Shown here one piece after another: positions 12,036 to 24,158 of a stretch of 64,000 nucleotides of DNA. The notes under the pieces are model-generated. The model ran no database searches and was not told the DNA's origin. It saw only the letters and a list, made by a program, of their open reading frames with translations. How positions within the stretch are numbered: position 1 is the stretch's first letter; every line of letters starts with the position of its first letter. Source of the DNA: Felis catus (lineage: Eukaryota). Where the stretch lies: contig NC_058368.1 in the NCBI RefSeq assembly GCF_018350175.1, positions 193,504,001-193,568,000 on the forward strand, written 5' to 3'. The translations under genes were made by a program, and so were the position numbers.

Positions 12036-13884
12036 AAGAATAGACTTGGTTCCATCAGGTAATGACCTGGGGCAGACACCCCCTCTAATTCTGTTGCCCT
12101 CTCTACTGTATGTCAGCACAGCTCAGCCTCTGAATGAAGCCGGACTTTTTTTTTTTTTTAATATTAATTTTACAGGTTGCATTACAACTAATTCGTTTCA
12201 ACTTGTCTCATTTTAAAACAGATTTGGGGCTTATTTATTTTTTTAAATAGTAGTAGAGAGGCTGGGTGTTATTCCTGGATGTTCTTCCTAAACGTAGGTT
12301 ACCCAGGGCTGAGAAAAGGGAGCACAGTGGCAATTTGGCAAGTGCTGCCCTGGAGTCTGCCAGTTCTTTCTGAAATCACCAGCAATTCCTTGTTCTGGGT
12401 AAAACTGTTTGGAGAACTGGCTCCAAAACTTGATGGGATGCCAGGAAGAGTAGAATAAGGCCTTTCTTGGTGATCAAAAGTCCTGTGTTAGAATCATGAC
12501 CCAGAGACTAACTCAGTGCAGAGAAAGGCCTTTGTCCTCTCTGGGCCTTAGCTTCACCATATGTAAAACAGAGGATCAGACGAGGCATTGAGTCTTACAA
12601 GGTATTAATAGGTGATTCACTACAAAGGGGGACTACTATGTTTAGGAAATACATACCCTCCTCTGAGCAATGAACAAAGCATATTAGTATAGCAAAGGGA
12701 CTTCAAAATCCAGAAAAATAGTCTCTCCCTACTTTGTTTTAATCCATCATTATTACATTTTTGACCATGTGTTTTTCCCTATTCACCCCAACTTCCAGGG
12801 CAAACCTATCAGTAGCCTCAGAACAGCAAAGGTGTAACAGGAAATACAGACCAGATGTGTTCCTAAAGCCCTTTAAAAACTAATCCTTTTGGCTCTATCA
12901 TGTAGAAATGTGGATTTTCTGTGTTATCTGACATCAGGTAACTTTATTATCATGGAGGATTATTCTAATAAGTGCTAAATAAAACTATTTTTATTCCTAT
13001 AAAAAGAGGACCTTTTGAGTGTCAGCTAAGAAACTTTATTATTCTATCTCTGAAACGCCTTTTCGTGACCTTCAAAGCATTGTTTAGTCTGAAACTGGTC
13101 CACTTCTTCAAATGTATCTTCCAGGCTCCCCAGAAACCTCCACCCAAATCTTCACACTCACCGTGTTAACTCTCCTCTTTGTTCAGGAAGCCTGTTTTGT
13201 CGATTTCACCATTCTCATCTATGATACTGGACCATCCATGTTCAAAACACTCCCTGGGCTGATCAGATACTTGTGATCAAGGCAACCTTAAACTGGGATC
13301 AACACAGTTACCTTACTAAGGCAGGAAGGCAGAAGAGTACATTTCAGAAATTGTCTCAATTACAAATGCTTTTTTAAAAAATTGAAGTTCTTATTAAATC
13401 CGCTGTTTTATCTTAAAATTCACTTTCGCAGAGCAGTTCATCCCTCCAACATTTCCGTCAACATTGCCCTATATTTCACTCCAGCAGAAACTAGCTATAT
13501 ATGTAGTTAAAGCATTTTGCTTTCTTTTCCCAAATAAGTGCAGGACCAGATTTAAATTTTATTTTATTTTATTATTTTAAGGCAGCTGACTCTAAGCAAG
13601 ACCTGGAGAACTAAAAGGAATCATCCTGGCAGATGGTAAAAGGAAACAAGTAGCAAAGTGGCTCTATTTTGGGGTTTTGTTGTTGCTGTCATTTCCAGAT
13701 CAAAGAAGCTTTAGATCTAGATATTTCCTAACTAAATTACAAAATCCCATCCAGAGCACTTTTATTCTCCATGCCCCTCATTTCAACAAGAACACAGGAT
13801 TTTCTGACGAAGACTGGAGGGCATTTCAAAAAAAGCTTGTCATCGCAAACAATTAAATTGAACAAACAATAATGGTTCCCATTT

Positions 13885-14090
13885 GGGGGGCACTTACTAT
13901 GCCAGGCCCTGTGCTAAGCACTTTTCATGTTTATCTCTTGCAATCCTTACACCAACTCTGAGAAGAATGTGTTATTACTGCCACTTGACAAAATAAGAAA
14001 CAAAGGCTTTGCCAGGTGAAGACATTTGCAAAGATCACATGGGATTCAAAACAGGGAAAACGTCTCCAAAGTCTCTGCTCTTAACCATTA
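13885..14090 (-). mobile_element. MIR SINE
   Basis: gcacttactatgccaggccctgtgctaagcactttt...aataagaaacaaaggct...ctgctcttaacca. Confidence 0.75.
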
Positions 14091-14549
14091 GACTTACCTG
14101 GGAAATATTTATTGGGCATCGGCCCCAAGAATTTGGACTTCATTAAATACAAACTTGTCTCCCCTGCTCCACTCAAAGAGCTCAGGGTCTTGATAGTAGA
14201 TGTGACCTCTTCCCATATACAGAAGGTAGAAAGTTAAAGGGAACGATAAAAGCAGTACGAAATAAAAGGGAGCTAGTAAAATAACGGAAGTAGAGATTAG
14301 TTATAATTGAAGAAATGAGACATAATTTCATAGAAGAGTAGTAATATCTGAGAAGCACCTTAGAAAGTAGATATGGTTTCTTTACCATATACTCTATATT
14401 CAATCCATCACCACGTCCTGTTATTAACAGCTTTAAAATAAATTACAAATCTACCTCTTTTATTTCCTCTGCTGCCACCTTGGGTCAAACCACCATCTCT
14501 CATGTAGACTATTGCAGGAGCCTCTTAGCTATTCTCCCTGTGTCCCTTC

Positions 14550-14979
14550 TGTGGTGCACTGGGTTACTGTTATAGAGTTACATATCTGGAATGTGACTTG
14601 TAATCCCTCTTAGATGGTACAATCTATTTCTCTGTCCCAGGAGTGTTAGGCTTGGTCACATGCCTTGCTTGAACCAATGGAATAATAGAAGGCATGACAT
14701 AAGCAAAGGCTTAAATTATACTTGCATGATAAGGCTTAGACTCTTGTGCTTCTATGATCCTCCATGAGAATAGCAAGGGTTTGTATGTGCTGCCCCTTTA
14801 TCCTCACTTCCAAAACAAAGACACATGGGGCATGTCTAAACCCTCCTGGAGTCCACCTTATCATCCTAGAACAGGTGATCCATAGTCAATCTGCAGACGA
14901 CGATTGTTTAAAAAAAGTTTTTGTATAAGCTACGAGGATTTTGATGTTATTTGTTATGCAGCAATAACTGACTAATACA
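14550..14979 (+). mobile_element. MLT1-family solo LTR nested in L2
   Basis: TG...CA ends (tgtggtg ... ttatttgttatgcagcaataactgactaataca) with cttggtcacatgccttgcttgaaccaatggaa interior. Confidence 0.75.
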
Positions 14980-15264
14980 CACCATTTTCATATCAATTTA
15001 TCATGTTCCCCTTCTCTACAGAGGAATCATTTTTTAAAATATAAATCAAATAATATACTCCTAAGCTTAATATCTATTAGGATTTTTATTACTTAAAATC
15101 AAACTCAGTTCCTTGTGGTAGCCTACAAAACAGTCTGCCTAACTCTTTTTTCAGTATGATTTAGCCCACTGATCTTCTTTTTGTTCTTGAAATCCATAAA
15201 TTAACTCTCACTTTAAAGTCTTTACACTTACTACTCTTTTTGTCCGGAAAGTTCTAGAGACTAA

Positions 15265-15465
15265 GTCTGTGCTAATATGATATCTATTAGCCACATGTGG
15301 ATATTTAAATTTAAATTAACTAAAATTAAGTAACATTAAAGATTTAGTTCCTTACTCATACTAACCACATTTCAAATGTTCAACAGGTACATGTGGCTAG
15401 TGGCTACCATATTAGATAGCACAGATATAGAATGTCTCCCATCACTACAGAAAGTTCTATTGATT
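15265..15465 (-). mobile_element. MER3 (hAT-Charlie MITE)
   Basis: tagccacatgtgg...ttaaatttaaattaa...acatgtggctagtggctaccatattagatagcacagatatagaa...cagaaagttctattg. Confidence 0.85.
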
Positions 15466-17007
15466 ATAACATGGCTCAGTTAAAATATTGCCCCTTCAGA
15501 TAAGCCTACCTTGACTACCTACTTAAAGTAGCTCTCTAGCCTACTGTCTGTTCCATGACTCTATTTGGCCATATTTGTGGCATTTACCAACTATTTGAAA
15601 TCATTATATGTATTTATTTGTCACTAGAATGTAGACCCCAGGAATTCAGGGATTTTGTTGATTTTGTTCTCTGATCCATCCTGAGAGTCTAATAAAGAGT
15701 GAGTATTTAGTAAATAGGAGTTTAATAAATGAGGAAAGTATTCTCGGTGGGAAGGTCTATGCTAAGTGGAAGCAGAAGCATGAACAAAAGCAGAGCAGTG
15801 AGAGATTGGGGGGCACATTTGTAGCAACACTGGGTAGGATACTCTGGCTGGAACATAGAGTATGGACTGTTAGATAAATCTCAAAAGGTAGGCAAACCAT
15901 TTTGAAAGGTTTATTATTGAAAGACTCATATTCTGGGCTGAATTTGAACTTAAAAAATGTGGGGAGCTAGCAACAATTTTTTTATGACAGAGAACGTTCA
16001 TAATTATAAAGTTGCTAGTCTTCAAGAAATTGAACTACCTGCTGTGTGGCAAGTGGATCATAGCACGGAGAGACTAGTCAGGAAGCTAAAAGATACAATC
16101 TGATGAGAAAGGAAGAAAAATGTGGGCTCGGTCAAGACTCATTGTAGTGGGCAAAACCACACATCACATGTTTTGGATGGAGAGAGAATGGTCTGGTGGA
16201 TCACACAGACACTGGCATTTTGAGACTGAGTAACTCAACAGAAATAGAGCGAGGGAAGAGCAATGGGTTTGGCAGAAAAGATGCCAAAATCTGTTTTTGA
16301 CATATTGGACCCAAAATGTAGACGCTAGCATCTTGGGGAAAGAGTAGATATTGGGGGCGGGGAGGAGAAAAAGGGGTCAGAGAGAGCCCCAGTGTTGCTG
16401 GTGGGAAGAACACAGCATCACAAGGCTAAGGATTCTTAGGCAGAGATGTGAGGATCCTCACAGGTGTTCAGCTATGAGAAGCAAAAACAGAATACAGCTG
16501 GAATTGTTGGTGAGCAATACATAATAACCCTAGAAACCATATTTTAAGGTATTCAGAATGATCTTGGAGAAAGGAAGAAAAGATAGTATCGCTTAAGTAA
16601 TTTTCCCAAAGCTAATAAATACCCAGTTTCTAGACTTCCTGTGCATCCTTACAAGCTCCCCATTCCCAAAGCCTCCAGCTTTTTAGTGTCTGGAGTACAG
16701 ATTAAATGGAGGGATCACATTGTCAGGTGTTCTCTGTCCTCCCTTGAAGCTAGGGCACTCCATAGGCTTTACCAGATGGGTTAGGGATGGCTGGAGCTTA
16801 TTCTGCTTGCTTGAGACTCTGCCCTAATTGACCACCTCAATTAACGAATGGAGTTTGGCACGGAGATAAGATGAAGCACTTTGATTTGACATTTCCTTCA
16901 ACACATAATTTAAATCTCAGAATCCTTAAGTTTCATAATCACATACTTGGAAAGAATCTAGAAACCATCTAGTTCATTTCTCTCCTCTGTGAAAGAATGA
17001 ATATACG

Positions 17008-17010
<3 letters not shown>

Positions 17011-17041
<31 letters not shown>

Positions 17042-17056
17042 CACACACACACACAC
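17011..17056. repeat. (CA)n microsatellite
   Basis: CA run with one interruption. Confidence 0.95.
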
Positions 17057-17426
17057 CTCCTGCCATCCTTAGAGGCAACAGCAACAACTCTGAACTATTC
17101 TGAAAAGACAGCCAATGCCATCACCTCTCTGATAGGAATACCCTAGGAGCCTTACTATCCGCCTCCAATATGCTCAGTGGCTTCCACATCCTGTGGCTTT
17201 CTTGCCTTGGTAGCAAGTGCTCCTTTGTCAGCCTTCGACTTGCACGTATAACATGATGCAGAGAAACTAGCATCTGCCCTAGGACAACTGAGTGACCCAA
17301 TTTGCAAGGCATTTTTTCAGGGCCCCTCGTTCTCCACTGCCTAGACCAAGATCCTCAATCTAACTTACCCATTGTGGCTGGTTTTTCACATTCCACAGCG
17401 TATCATACTCCTGTCTGGGTGGCCCA

Positions 17427-17683
17427 TTTTTTTAAATGTTTATTTATTTGTTTTGAGGAAGAGAGAGAGCATGTGTGCACGCATGCATGTGAGCAGGGGC
17501 GGGGCAGAGAGAGGGAGAGAGAGAGAGAGGGAAGCAGAGAGAATCCCAAGCAAGCTCTGCACTGTCAGCATGGAGCCCGACATGGGGCTTGATCTCACGA
17601 ACAGTGAGATCGCTTCGTGAGATCAGGCCCCGAGCCAAAATCAAGAGTCAGATGCTCAACCGACTAAGCCACCCAGGCACCCC
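17427..17683 (-). mobile_element. Can-SINE (older)
   Basis: Poly-T/tttattt tail, GA tract, body ending gccacccaggcacccc. Confidence 0.92.
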
Positions 17684-17967
17684 TGACAGGCTCATTTCTA
17701 ACTTTAATATTTGAGCTCAAATATCACCTCCCTAGAAAGGCCTTCCTTGACCACTTAAAGTAGGTATTGTCTTCTACCATAGTGATTTGTCACCACATTC
17801 TATCTTCTTTATAACCATAGTAACAATTTCTATTATTTTTTATTTATTAGTGTATTTATTGTCTACCTCCCTATAGAACATATGCCCTGTGGAAAGGAGG
17901 ATCATTATCTATCATTTTCCAGTGTTCCCTCAGTGACTAGTAAAATGTGGAACATATAGTGGTTGCT

Positions 17968-18366
17968 TGTATTGGTCAGATATTGCTGTATAACAAACCA
18001 TCCCCAAATTTAGTGGTATATAACAATAAGCATTTATTGTCATCTTCCAGGTCTGCAGGTCAGCCAGGACAGCTCTGCTTCAGTCATTCGTTTGTAGGTT
18101 GACTGCAGCACCTCTGGTTTTTTTGTTTGTTTGTTTGTTTTTTGTGGGTTTTTTTTTCTTTGTATTTATCTTTCTTCTGGGACCAGCAGACTCTCTGAGG
18201 CATGTTTTCTTCTTGGCCTCTGCTTGAAACATACCTAACAACATTCCAGTTGCAAAAGCAAGTCATATGACCAAACATAACATTAATGGAGCAGGAAGAT
18301 ATACTCTTCCCAAGGAGTTTGGGGGAAGAGATGAATAATTACCAAATAATAATCAAATCTACCACA
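17968..18366 (-). mobile_element. MLT1-family solo LTR
   Basis: tgtattggtcagatattgctgtataacaaaccatccccaaatttagtgg...caaaagcaagtcatatgaccaa...aatctaccaca. Confidence 0.75.
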
Positions 18367-19104
18367 ATATTTCATAAGTATCAATAATTGAATAAAGGAA
18401 TGCCCTCATCTAGATCAGTTAATGTCTCTAGTTAAGCAAACCAGCTTCCAGTCCTTATAATCCTATAATCCTGTCTCATCAGTATTAGTTTTAGAATTTC
18501 AGTCTAATGTGAATCCATGACCTGGCAGAAAAGAACCATACCACCCTGTTCTCCTTGAACAGAAACTAACTTAAGAACTCTGCCTGTTTAACAGAGGTTA
18601 AAACCTCCTTCATTTCATCCTGGCTCACTCTGTCCCCCTCTTCAGGCATAGGGAAGTCTTCATTCCTGCCAAAAACTAGGAGGGATGGAACCAATTAGAA
18701 GAACCTACCATCTGGTGGTGTGGGCTCATCAGGTTTGCAGCCAGGATTCCAACTGGGACTGTTAAAGAGTTTGTGCACAATAGCTTGAGTGTCTGAGTAG
18801 AGCAGGAAATGTCTTAGTCACTGGGAGAGAGTATAGGTGCCTCAAAATCACCAGATATCTTAAGGCTGACAGCTCCAACATTCTGTCAAAGAGAAGTCTG
18901 AAAAGACCACCCCTAGCCATGTGGGTGGACAAACTTCTAAAAATTGTTCCATGAACACAGGTTTGTTCCTGGCTGAAATGGGATTATCAAAGTCTTCTCA
19001 GTTTTGACTTACTTATGAATCTGCCTAGGTTTCAAACCTTTTGCCTACACTGACTTATGATCTTGCCTACCCCACCAGAATCCCTTGTATGCTCTTCTCT
19101 CTCT

Positions 19105-19286
19105 TTTCTTTTTAATGTTTATTTATGTATTTTGAGAAAGGGGGAGGGCAGAGGAAGAGAAAGAGAGAGAATTCCAAGCAGGCTCTGAGCTGTCAGCAAA
19201 AAGCCCAAAGTGAGGCTTGATCCCACAAACCATGAGATTATAACCTGAACTGAAATCAAGAGTCAGATGCTTAACCAATTGAGTCA
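19105..19286 (-). mobile_element. Can-SINE with head end lost into a microsatellite
   Basis: ttttaatgtttatttatgtattttgaga...ggctctgagctgtcagca...gatgcttaaccaattgagtca, then (TA)n. Confidence 0.88.
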
Positions 19287-19290
19287 TACA

Positions 19291-19456
<166 letters not shown>

Positions 19457-20370
19457 TTTAGTATCTGAGAATAAAGCCAATGTAGTGAAAAATTAAGACT
19501 GAAAATCCAGACAGTATATCTCAGTCCTCATAACATTATTCAAGCCCCTGAATCTACCTGCACATAGAGTCAAAACTATTCAGTTGGTTAAGTTTCTGTC
19601 ACTTGCTACCAAGAGAGTCCTGACTGCTCAGTGCCCAAATGGGGTTGCCCCTTTTCTCTATAAGCAATAATCTCTTAAGCTAAGGACACTGGCCCACATG
19701 TTTAGCCCAGTCCTGTGGCCTGAGTCATAAGTGAAAAGACATGCTTTTAGATTTAGCACTGTTGCATATCTGGACCCTGGGTAAACTTAGCCTCCTTAAG
19801 ATTTCAAATTTCCCCATCTACAAAATATATTCATTCATAGATAATGACCACCCTCATAGGAAAACACTAAAGACTAGTCACATTGTACTCGTGGTACATT
19901 CATGTTAATAGATAAGAAGCCTAGTTAATTATATTACCCTGCATTTCCCTAGCACTTCTGATTTTTCAAAGCTCTTTCATATAAGTAATGACATTTGCCT
20001 CTTCTAATAACCCTGAGAATCTGGTATTATAACCCCATATTATACATCTGGAAACTATGCTGGGCACAGAGATATCTCAAGGTCATATAGTAAGTCAATT
20101 GCAACACTGAACAAATTATTTCAATTCCTGTATACACTAATTATTCTATTAAATCTCATTGGAAATTGTCCTACTGGTCTATAATGCTGTTAAAATCAGA
20201 ATAATATATACAAATGATTAAACTTTTATTGGGATGATCATCATAGCATTGTTTGTAGGAAAATATTTGGAAATAAACTAGATATTCAATAAAAGGAGAC
20301 AAATTAAATAAATTGTACATATGTACAACAGGCTTTTAGGAAGACATTAAAAATAAATGTGTAATATTCA

Positions 20371-20581
20371 TGGAGCACCTAGGTGGCTCAGTCAGTTAAA
20401 TGTCCAACTCTTGTTTCAGCTCAGGTCATGATCTTGGGGTTTTGTGGGTTCAAGTGCCGCATCGGGCTCTGTGCTGATGGTGCGGAGCCTGCTTGGGATT
20501 CTCTCTCTCCCTCTCTCTCTCTCTCTGTCCCTCCCCTGCTTATGCTGTCTCTGTCTCTCTCAAAAATAAATAAACTTAAAA
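20371..20581 (+). mobile_element. Can-SINE
   Basis: Full body with CT tract and A tail; 16-bp TSD aaatgtgtaatattca (20355-20370, 20582-20597). Confidence 0.95.
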
Positions 20582-20639
20582 AAATGTGTAATATTCAAAG
20601 TAACATATGTAACACTGGGCAAAAAAAAAAAAATCATAC

Positions 20640-20832
20640 TTATTTTTGAGAGAGAGAGAGACAGAGCACGAGCAAGGGAGGGGCAGAGAGAGAGGGAGAC
20701 ACAGAATCTGAAGCAGGCTCCAGGCTCTGAGCTGTCAGCACAGAGCCCAATGTGGAGCTCGAACCCAAGAACTGTGCGATCATGACCTGAGCCAAAGTTG
20801 GATGCTTAACCGACTGTGCCATCCAGGCACCC
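20640..20832 (-). mobile_element. Can-SINE
   Basis: ttatttttgagagagagagagacagag...caggctccaggctctgagctgtcagcacagagccc...ccatccaggcaccc. Confidence 0.93.
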
Positions 20833-20992
20833 TTCTAAATCTATTAATTTTAAATTGATATGTTCAGAAAAAAGATGGGAAGTTTATCCTTAGTAATCTA
20901 ATTACACAAATTTTATTTTGTTTGGTGTCTATGTCCCCATGGTTTCCTATGATATACGTATTACTTCTGTACAGAAATTAAATGCTATTCTT

Positions 20993-21243
20993 TTATTATT
21001 ATTTTTTTAACATTTTTTTAAATTTATTTTTGAGAGACAGAAAGAGACAGAGTGTGACTGGGGGAGGGGCAGAGAGAGAGAGGGAGACACAGAATCTGAA
21101 GTGGGCTCCAGGCTCTGAGCTGTCAGCACAGAGCCGGACACAGGAGGTCATGACCTGAGGTCCTGGACCTCCCGGGACCACGAGGTCATGACCTGAGCCG
21201 AAGTCAGACGTTCGCTCAACTGAGGAGCCACCCAGGTGCCCCT
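20993..21243 (-). mobile_element. Can-SINE with rearranged B-box region
   Basis: TSD taaatgctattctt on both sides; the usual gggctcgaactcac segment is replaced by gaggtcatgacctgaggtcctggacctcc. Confidence 0.93.
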
Positions 21244-22251
21244 AAATGCTATTCTTAAAATGTTCATTTCCATCCTAGAGATTCTACATAATGAACACAC
21301 AGAAACAGGCTTAACCATTGGGTGTCAATTTCATTAGCCTACAACTGCCTCATTAACCCCAATTTTGCCCCCATCCTCTGAGATCTGGACCTCCCATGAC
21401 CTTAGGCTTCTGTGTGCTCTTTGGACAGCAAGCTGGGACACACCAAAGTCACAAGAGCAGTCAGGGTGGAAAGAGATTTCCAGTATCTTCAGCACAATGC
21501 ACACCTCGACTGCAGCTGGCACAGAGGAGCACAGGCCACCTGAAAGTGCAGGGGACTGTGTGACAAAAGCCATAAGCTCTGATAGCAGGGGAGCTGAGCT
21601 GCTGCTACAGGAAGGAAACTGCAGGGTCCACAAGAGCAGCAGCACAGCAGTGGACTGAAGAAAGCCCGCCCAGACTGCAGATGTCTAGGGATGGAACTAG
21701 AAACACACAAGCTAATGCCCTCTCCCATTCCCTCTGAGAGCTCAGTTTTCTCATCTGAGGAAAGGGGAGATTAAAAGCACCTGCCTCATGGCATTGTATT
21801 GAGTGGAAAGTTGATTTGAAATCAACTGTCATTTGTTCCTTCTCATAATAACCACATATAATTGGTATAGTTATTTCCTTCATCTGAAGGAAACTGAAGT
21901 TCAAAAAAAAAAAAAAAAAAAAAAGAATTGTCCAAGCCATACAAGGCATCAATGCCACAGCCAGGCCTTGAACCAGAAATCCTTTATAGACAGTAGAGTC
22001 TTGCACCTTATTTAGAACCCTTACTGACAATAGTCCAGAAGGAGCGGGGCTGAGCTTCTGATTTGACTTACAACTGGTTTTCACCCCCATCACTGTGTTC
22101 TAACAGCACAGTTATAACAGCCTTCCACAGGAATTTACAACACAGACTATTGGAACTCTCAAAACTCATAATATCAGAGCACTACTCCCGTGAAAGGCAA
22201 TAATTCAGGTTTACTCTCATCCCTGCCCCTGATGTTATATAATATACAGCT

Positions 22252-22650
22252 ATTCATTCATTCACTCATTCATTCATTCCCTCATTCATTCATTCATTCA
22301 ACTAGCATCACTGAACACTATTCTGTGGTAGACACTGCAATGAGAAGCTAAAGAAAATGTGGCCATAGTTTCCAAGTTGCTTAGACCAGTTGGTCAGATA
22401 AGATAAAGATCTAGGTGACTAAAACACAGGGCTAAGTATGACAGCTACTATAGGGAAGGTACCAAGGGCCAAGAGTCAGAGAAGGATATGACCATGGGAA
22501 AGCAAGGATGGTGATATAAAGGCTAGGACTGACCATAAGGACAGAATATCAGAGGGGAACATGGAAGGAATGAACAGTTTCTAGGTACAAGTGGAGGAAA
22601 CGGCAAGGAGGTGTCCAGTTTGACTGCAGACCAAAGTAGTGTAGTGTGGA
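22252..22650 (-). mobile_element. L2 3' fragment with (TTCA)n tail
   Basis: attcattcattcactcattcattca...actagcatcactgaacactattctgtggtagacactg. Confidence 0.65.
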
Positions 22651-22959
22651 CTTTTCTGCTGATGAAATTAAGTAGGGACTCCAGATGAGTCCTCGCCTCC
22701 ATGTACAGGCCTACCAGCCGTGTGCTGGACCAGCCTTCAGTCCCCATGAGAACACCCATGGGCACGACACGGAGCCCATGTGACAACTTACCCCTACACC
22801 CAGTCATCGGCTTCCCCTGCCCCCCAGCGTCTGTTCCTCTGCCCAGCTGCCAGACTTCATCCCAAACTGGCAACAAGAGTAAAGGCACAGAGGTCATTTC
22901 TACATACGCAGAAAGTCTTCAGGGAACATGAAAGTGGCAAAGTGCTCTCAAGCATCTGA

Positions 22960-23445
22960 ATCCTGGTGAGAAAGCAGAAATCTGACCACGACACTTCTCT
23001 GCTTAAAACCTTTAGTGGGCTTCCCATGGCTCTTGGGTTAAAGATCAAAATCTGTAATGGGACCCCACAAGGCCTAGCCCTTGCCATCCTTTCCAGCCTT
23101 ACGCTCCCCTCACCCCTCACGTCCTCCCCACCAGGCCTCTGTCCAGGAGGCTTCTAGAATATGCCTCCTATTCTCAGCACCACATCACTAAAAACCCTTC
23201 AGTTCTTAGCTCAAAACCTATTCATCCCTGTGCCCAGAGTTGATTCCTTTGTAACATGCTTTCACTGAACCATGGCCCGTTCTTTCACATCTTTGTCACA
23301 ACCTATCATGATATACTCATCTGTACAATTCTTTGATACCTACATCTCTCACTAGCTGGTAAGCTCCATGAGCACAGGGCTGCCTTCTGTTTTTGTTCAC
23401 ATTAGTAAGCCCTCCATAAACACTAGTTGAATATTGAATGAATGT
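22960..23445 (+). mobile_element. L2 3' fragment
   Basis: aaatctgaccacgacacttctctgcttaaaacctttagtgggcttccc...cactagctggtaagctccatgag...ttgaatgaatg. Confidence 0.7.
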
Positions 23446-23682
23446 ACCTGAGGCTCATGGGAGGCTCAGTACCCCTGCACTGGCATACAAAATGTAGCCT
23501 GCATGTGTAACTTGGTGGGGGCAAAGTTCAGAGTTTTCCTTAGATTCTCAATCAATCTAGTGGCTGATACAAGAGAGTCTTCTCTAAATAGTTTATCCCT
23601 GAGTCTTCTATACACTTTCACCATAGAAATATAGCCCTAGAAGGACTCTTAGAAATCATATGAGCTTTATGTTACATATTCA

Positions 23683-23873
23683 TTTTTAAATGTTTATTTA
23701 TTTTGAGAGAGAAAGCATGAGCAAGGGAGGAGCAGAGAGAGGGAAGAGAATCCAAAGCAGGCTCTGCACTCAGCTCAAAGCCTGACGTGGAGTCAATCCC
23801 ATGAATCACAAGATGTGACCTGAGCTGAAATCAAGAGTTGGATGCTTAACCAACTGAGCTAACCAGGCGCCCC
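23683..23873 (-). mobile_element. Can-SINE (older)
   Basis: ttttaaatgtttatttattttgagaga...gatgcttaaccaactgagctaaccaggcgcccc. Confidence 0.9.
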
Positions 23874-23907
23874 TGAGCTTTATTTTCTAAATGAGCTGTA
23901 TTTTCTA

Positions 23908-23981
23908 TTTAATTTAAGTTAATTTATTTATTTTCAATATGAAATTTATCGTCAAGTTGGTTTCCATACAACACCCAGTGC
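23908..23981 (-). mobile_element. Extremely 5'-truncated felid L1 (L1_Fc-like 3' terminus, 74 bp)
   Basis: Reverse complement gcactgggtgttgtatggaaaccaacttgacgataaatttcatattgaaaataaat... matches the recalled cat L1 3' end; 18-bp TSD aatgagct(g/a)tattttcta at 23890-23907 and 23982-23999. Confidence 0.8.
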
Positions 23982-24119
23982 AATGAGCTATATTTTCTAA
24001 ATGAGGATGGGGGCAGTGCTTGTTCAAAGTCACACACATGCTTGTTTCCAGAAGTTAGTCCAGAATTTGAACCCATGTCTTCAAATCTCAATTCACATAC
24101 TTTTCACTGCCTCAAACCT

Positions 24120-24120
<1 letters not shown>

Positions 24121-24157
<37 letters not shown>
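24121..24157. repeat. (TG)n microsatellite
   Basis: Pure GT run. Confidence 0.95.

Positions 24158-24158
<1 letters not shown>

Larger units (their letters stand above)
14410..15730 (+). mobile_element. L2 3' fragment interrupted by an MLT1 LTR and MER3
   Basis: ccaccttgggtcaaaccaccatctctcatgtagactattgcaggagcctct... resumes after the inserts and ends with cactagaatgtagacccc...tttaataaat. Confidence 0.6.

Noticed and set aside
20383..20822. Recurrent MAQSVK...AQVMI peptide family (also near 25.3, 26.6, 38.3, 43.2 and 61.9 kb)
   Set aside because: Can-SINE sequence read as protein, not a gene family.
21488..21508. RE1/NRSE-like motif ttcagcacaatgcacacctcg
   Set aside because: Left half matches but the GGACAG core is broken (gcacac); too degenerate to call.
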